Virus genome (UHGV): UHGV-0168749
DNA: 12,524 nt
From: a virus
Direction: 5' to 3' (one strand)
How positions within the stretch are numbered: the stretch's first letter is position 1; every line of letters begins with the position of its first letter. Both the position numbers and the translations under genes were made by a program. Below the pieces are notes generated by a model. That model worked only from the letters and a program-made list of their open reading frames with translations, did no database searches and was not told the DNA's origin. Positions 8,084 through 12,524 of this stretch are shown one piece after another.

Positions 8084-11000
8084 ATGCCGAGAGAAGACGC
8101 GGCGCTGTTTAACGGTACGTTAAATACGTCAACGTACCCTAACCGATTTAACGTGGTCATCCCGCCGGAAGGCCCCTTTTATCGTATCGGATTAAAGCTC
8201 ACTGTTGCTGACGAGTCCGCCGCCGGTGGCCGTCGTACCTTAATAGAAGGTCTGGACTACTATTTAGGTTATTACTTTAAAGAGCTCGCTGAGGCAGAAC
8301 AAGACCAAATTTACGGCGGGTTCATGTTACTGACTGCCACTGAGGTGGAATACGAAATTCTGGGTGTAGCGCGCCAGTACCGTATCCCACAATCGGAAAT
8401 TGGCAAGTATCTAGTTCGTACCGATTTAAAAGATCCGCGTAACGTGGATTGGTCCGAATTAATGGCGTATGCTCCTGTCATACAGCCTATTGACCCGCCT
8501 GCTAACTTAGAAGAAGCCCTACTCAGGGACGAAGTAGTAAAAGCATTAGATGATATTCGTAAAAAGATTATCAAACGTTCCACTGAACTGGATGCTGCTT
8601 TTAGCGAAGTTACGAATCTGATTTACGAAAACGGTAAGAAGGTTTTTGACGAAGAGCTTTATCAGCACCATTTGAACCCTAATGTTCACAACTACACGAC
8701 TGAAGACATTGGTGCACTGCCTGTGTTGGGGCGTGCCGTAGATGCGACAAAAGCTTTCAACAGAACGTTAGATGAACTCGCAACGTTGATGGGTTCTGCG
8801 GGAATTGAGCAGTCGGACGTAGACCAGTTGATGGGCCGTACACTCGGCACGGTTTATGGTCGTTGGCGTGCTTCAAACGGTAAAGAACTGGCGTTCAAAA
8901 CCGCAGGCGGTCATGTAATCAGTATCCGAAATGATAAGTGGTTGATTACGTCACCACAACCATTAGTGATTAAAGCTGACCAGGACAACAATGAATCAGG
9001 CTTAGCCGTTGAGTTCAGCGCTGGGTTGAACACCCTTTGGGTACACTCTGGCTCCGAGCAAGATGTTTTAGCGCCAGTGTATAACTCCGTGTATCTGGTT
9101 ACACCAGACATGGTGAACATGTACTTAACATCGGTGACGTTGCTGGAAGCTAATGCGTACTTCTCGTCTTCAGACACAGTGAAAGCGTACGGTACATCGA
9201 AACAATCCAACCCATTGACGTTAAATGCAAATATCCCTACGGCGTCTGAGTCGGTTTACGGATTGTTCTCTATTACGAATATCGCAACATCAGCTGCGTT
9301 GGGTACAGCAATATCCCAAAAAGCCGTTACTGAATTAAAAGACCGGTTAGACTTGTACGTCGATGATGATTACACCATTAACGGTAAAGGATTTGTTAAG
9401 ACCGGTGAGAACATGGTATTGACGTTAACGAAAACGGATTTCGGCATCGATAAAATGGACAATACCAGTCCGGCTAACAAACCAGTAACAAAAGCACTGA
9501 CAAATGTTTTAAAGAACAAAGCATTGTCTAACCACACCCACGTGTTTGGCGATTTGGATAATGTACCGATCGGTAGTGCGACGGTAGACGGCTTATTACA
9601 GTTGTGGGATGCTATAGACACTACTAATGATAAAGCGGTCACTTCGCGTCAAGGGTGGTTATTTGCGAAAGAGATCAAGAAAGTTACTGACAAACTGAAC
9701 ACTATTTTACCGGCTTGGACCGTAGGTGGTGCGAAGTTTGGTAACAAAAACTTTCTACCAATTCCGGCACTTGGTAACTATTCAGGCTTTACAAAGAACC
9801 AGTCTTACCAAAAAGGGGTTGTTGGTTATCAGCAAGGGAAGGTCTACTCGCTACGTAATGCTTCTAATGGCGTGCCGGGTACAGAAGCTATTTATTACGG
9901 TTATGCGGATATCAACTCGTCAAATGCGTTTGAAAATCCACAACAGACCTCGGTGAAATACCATCCTGTTGGACTGAGTAAGTATCCTGGTGTAACTTTA
10001 AAAGCGATTTTGATTGGTGGTCAGGAAGCGATCATTTGCCTGGGCTCCGACAATAACCGGTATTTGGTGCTGTTTAACGGTTCGATGGACCACGCCAAAC
10101 ACACCGTGGTTTGTCGTGTGACGATGCCTGTCTATCGTAACGGTAACCCTAGCGGAACCGTTGAACAAACTTGGAATCCGTGGCCAGAAGCCGACGATGT
10201 TGTGCTGGTTGATGATTACGTCTATCTTCTCCGTTCTACGGTGAATAACTCTGCTTATGCAGTGGCGGCTTGGCGTTTGCGTAAAGCTGATTTGTATACC
10301 AGCACCACGTTAGAATTTGAACGCGTAACATTAACAGGCGAAATGGGTCAATACGGAGATAACCTCTGTTTACGAATCGGTCAAAAAACTGAGGAGTCTC
10401 AGTCTGGGCAGTTCTTTACGTATTTTACACCAGAAGCACGCGCTAAATGGACTAACGGACATAACTTTGTTCACGGGCCGGAATGCAACCATGCTTGCGC
10501 GGTGCGTGACAGCGTGATCCGCGTGAACCATATGCCCACGGTATGGTTTGCGGCGGCTGATGGCTCACAAATTAACTTTCGTCAATGGGCAACAAGTTTT
10601 ACGATCGATACGTTGACGGGCAAAGTTACGTTAGAAGGTGCCGAACGCTTCCCCATCAAGGCTGATGCTACTACACTCTCGTTCGCGGACGGTTCAACTG
10701 TAGAAACTAGTCGCAAGTGGGGTGGTGGTCAGGCAAACAATCGTTGTTTTGCAACGTTTGCAAAACCTAACGGTACGGGAATGATGCTTTCCTGCTGGCA
10801 AGTTAACGACGCAGACCAAATGCCGAACGTTTCTATTAAAGGAACGCAAGGCAAAGAGCTTTTCGATTATCTGCGTTACGATAACCCGAACAATACTTCA
10901 GGTGAAGGGACTTTTACATGGGATAAAGGACGCGGTTCTATTTATACCATCGGTCTTTCTCACCCTGTCGGTATTGGAGGCTCGAACAAAGTCTGGTTGT

Positions 11001-12475
11001 CTAATCCACGTAACCGTTACACAATCGAAGTTGAGGTTGACCCGAACACGCCGTACAATGTACCTGGTTACAGCGGATACGGTCCAAATAACAACCGTCG
11101 CGAGGTTGATCCTACACTTTACGAGCAGTTGAGCTGTATGGCTGCGTGTATGACGCCAGAGGAGCGCCACGGCCAACTTAACGGTTGGTATCTAACAAAA
11201 GCAGAGACTTTCCCATACCGGAATATCTACGGTAATTTTGCGTTGTCTTCAGAACGCTTGACGTTAGAAGAAGCTGATCGCCAGAAGATGATTCGAATGA
11301 TTGTCGATGGTGCGCCGTCAGGCGAAGCTAATGGCTATGCGAATGAACGTATTAGCGCAGCACACCAAACAGGCAATGCGTTATTTGCTCTTTGGATGTT
11401 GGGTATTAACACCGTGTGCGAGTTTGACTTATTACAAGTTTCGTGCATGAAAACCTTAGATAATGGGCGTCGTATTCTCGATATCTATTACTTCATGGTG
11501 AGCCCATCTAAAGAGAATGGTTATCTACGTTTTAACTCCGCAACCTTTAAGCTGGTCGACTGGTTCTTAGATAAGGACTACGGTTTAAGTTATCAGTCCT
11601 TGAATGAAGAAGCGGGTAATAAAACACGACGTGTGGGTCAGCCTATCTTTGCTTCTGCGGATGGTGTTAACTTCGGTATTTGGTTACCGTATACGTTGAC
11701 GATTCGGAATATCGGTGATTTGAACGCATTAGGCTACGCCGCGAAATATACTTACGACCCTGGGTCGGGTTGGACTCGTGTTCCTGGTAAGTCTCAGTTG
11801 CGTCAGATGGCTCCTGCCCATAACCCAGAATCCGGGTGTTACATGGGCGCGGGCAGTTGGGATAAGATGGCATTGATTTATTCCAAGGCTGACCGTGTAT
11901 TCTGCTCGGGTAATGCGTACACTGCCGCAGAGTTTGTTAACGACACAACATTCTCAACAGGCGGTCAAGCGGTCATTATTTCCGGTGTGGAAACGGCGGA
12001 AGGTTGGATTCTGTATTTAACGGAAGAAGTTAAATTGGATTTTGGTAGCAGTAGTTATACGCTTCCAACGTGGTCGGTAGATTTAAGTAATCAATTTCCA
12101 TCTAACCACGCCAATCAAACCTTCTACGTCCACGGCGAAGTTGTAGGCTCAACTGCACAGTATCAGATAGGTCTGGAGCAGCTTCCTGATAATGCGACTC
12201 GGCTGTTCGTTGGAACAGTCACAACGGACAGCAAACGTATCGTTGATATCAATATCGATAAGGTGAAACGTCTTGGTCGTGTTCGTGAACTGGAAGAACA
12301 TGCCGCTGTGGTTGATCAACACGACGTAGCGGCGGCGTTTGATCGAAAAACAGGACCACTACAGACGCTGGTTAACCAACCGTTGAAAGCTCCTGCGGCA
12401 TCTACGGTAAAAGGTTCTGGTTATGTTGATGCACAGAAGTGGAATTCACTTTCTGCGCTGGCATATAAGCCAGGT
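8084..12475 (+). CDS. Large phage tail-fibre-like protein, 3'-partial (at least 1464 native residues; reading frame runs into the adapter)
   Basis: ORF with a good RBS. It contains the box MDNTSPANKPVTKALTNVLKNKALSNHTHVFGD followed by GSATVDGLLQLWDAIDTTNDKAVTSRQGW (nt ~9455-9675), matching the tail-fibre motifs D-N-T-S-x-x-x-K-P-V-S/T...H-x-H and A-S/T-x-x-x-G-x-x-Q-L...A-A/V-T. No stop occurs before the adapter at 12476; the last ~16 residues of the 6-frame track translation (LSLIHISEPTRP...) are adapter-encoded. The C-terminal half is unusually Cys-rich. Confidence 0.8.
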
Positions 12476-12524
12476 CTGTCTCTTATACACATCTCCGAGC
12501 CCACGAGACCCTAAGACATCTCGT
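12476..12524. other. Illumina Nextera read-2 adapter (reverse complement) plus 8-nt index and start of the P7-side sequence, non-biological
   Basis: 12476-12509 read CTGTCTCTTATACACATCTCCGAGCCCACGAGAC (reverse complement of the Nextera read-2 adapter), followed by the 8-nt index CCTAAGAC and ATCTCGT, the start of the sequence that follows the index in Nextera libraries. Confidence 0.9.

Noticed and set aside
869-11873. Fourteen short ORFs (64-148 aa) in the track, mostly on the minus strand (for example 6476..6922, 148 aa) and three on the plus strand in other frames
   Set aside because: All lie entirely inside the three long plus-strand ORFs, lack ribosome-binding sites, and have low-complexity or antisense-type composition. 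They are most likely spurious shadow ORFs.
30-12475. CRISPR arrays, tRNA/rRNA genes, integrase, transposase or invertase genes, or a diversity-generating retroelement near the fibre genes
   Set aside because: There is no space outside the three ORFs for such genes, and I saw no regular direct-repeat or spacer pattern and no recombinase- or RT-like ORF. A DGR variable region cannot be excluded without the template repeat from outside the window.

Overview
The native DNA (about 30..12475) is bracketed by Illumina Nextera/Tn5 library adapters at both ends (1..29 and 12476..12524), so both window ends are library-fragment ends, not genomic boundaries. The insert is almost entirely coding: three very large, same-strand (+), tightly packed ORFs (at least 1250, about 1396 and at least 1464 aa). 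All three are rich in T/N/G/S/V/Y and carry recognisable tail-fibre-type motifs (an A-T-x-x-x-K-G-V-x-x-L...A-A-T-P repeat and a D-x-x-K-P-x-S...L...H-x-H box), so I read this as a bacteriophage tail-fibre / host-range module with enterobacterial-style codon usage and AGGAG ribosome-binding sites. The first gene appears 5'-truncated and the third is 3'-truncated by the adapter. ORF1 and ORF2 look translationally coupled; a GC-rich hairpin plus T-tract separates ORF2 from ORF3. I see no RNA genes, CRISPR arrays, integrases or transposases. I cannot assign the phage genus or confirm homology without a database search; no clearly novel system is demonstrable from sequence alone, but the large C-terminal domains are the most likely place for something uncharacterised.
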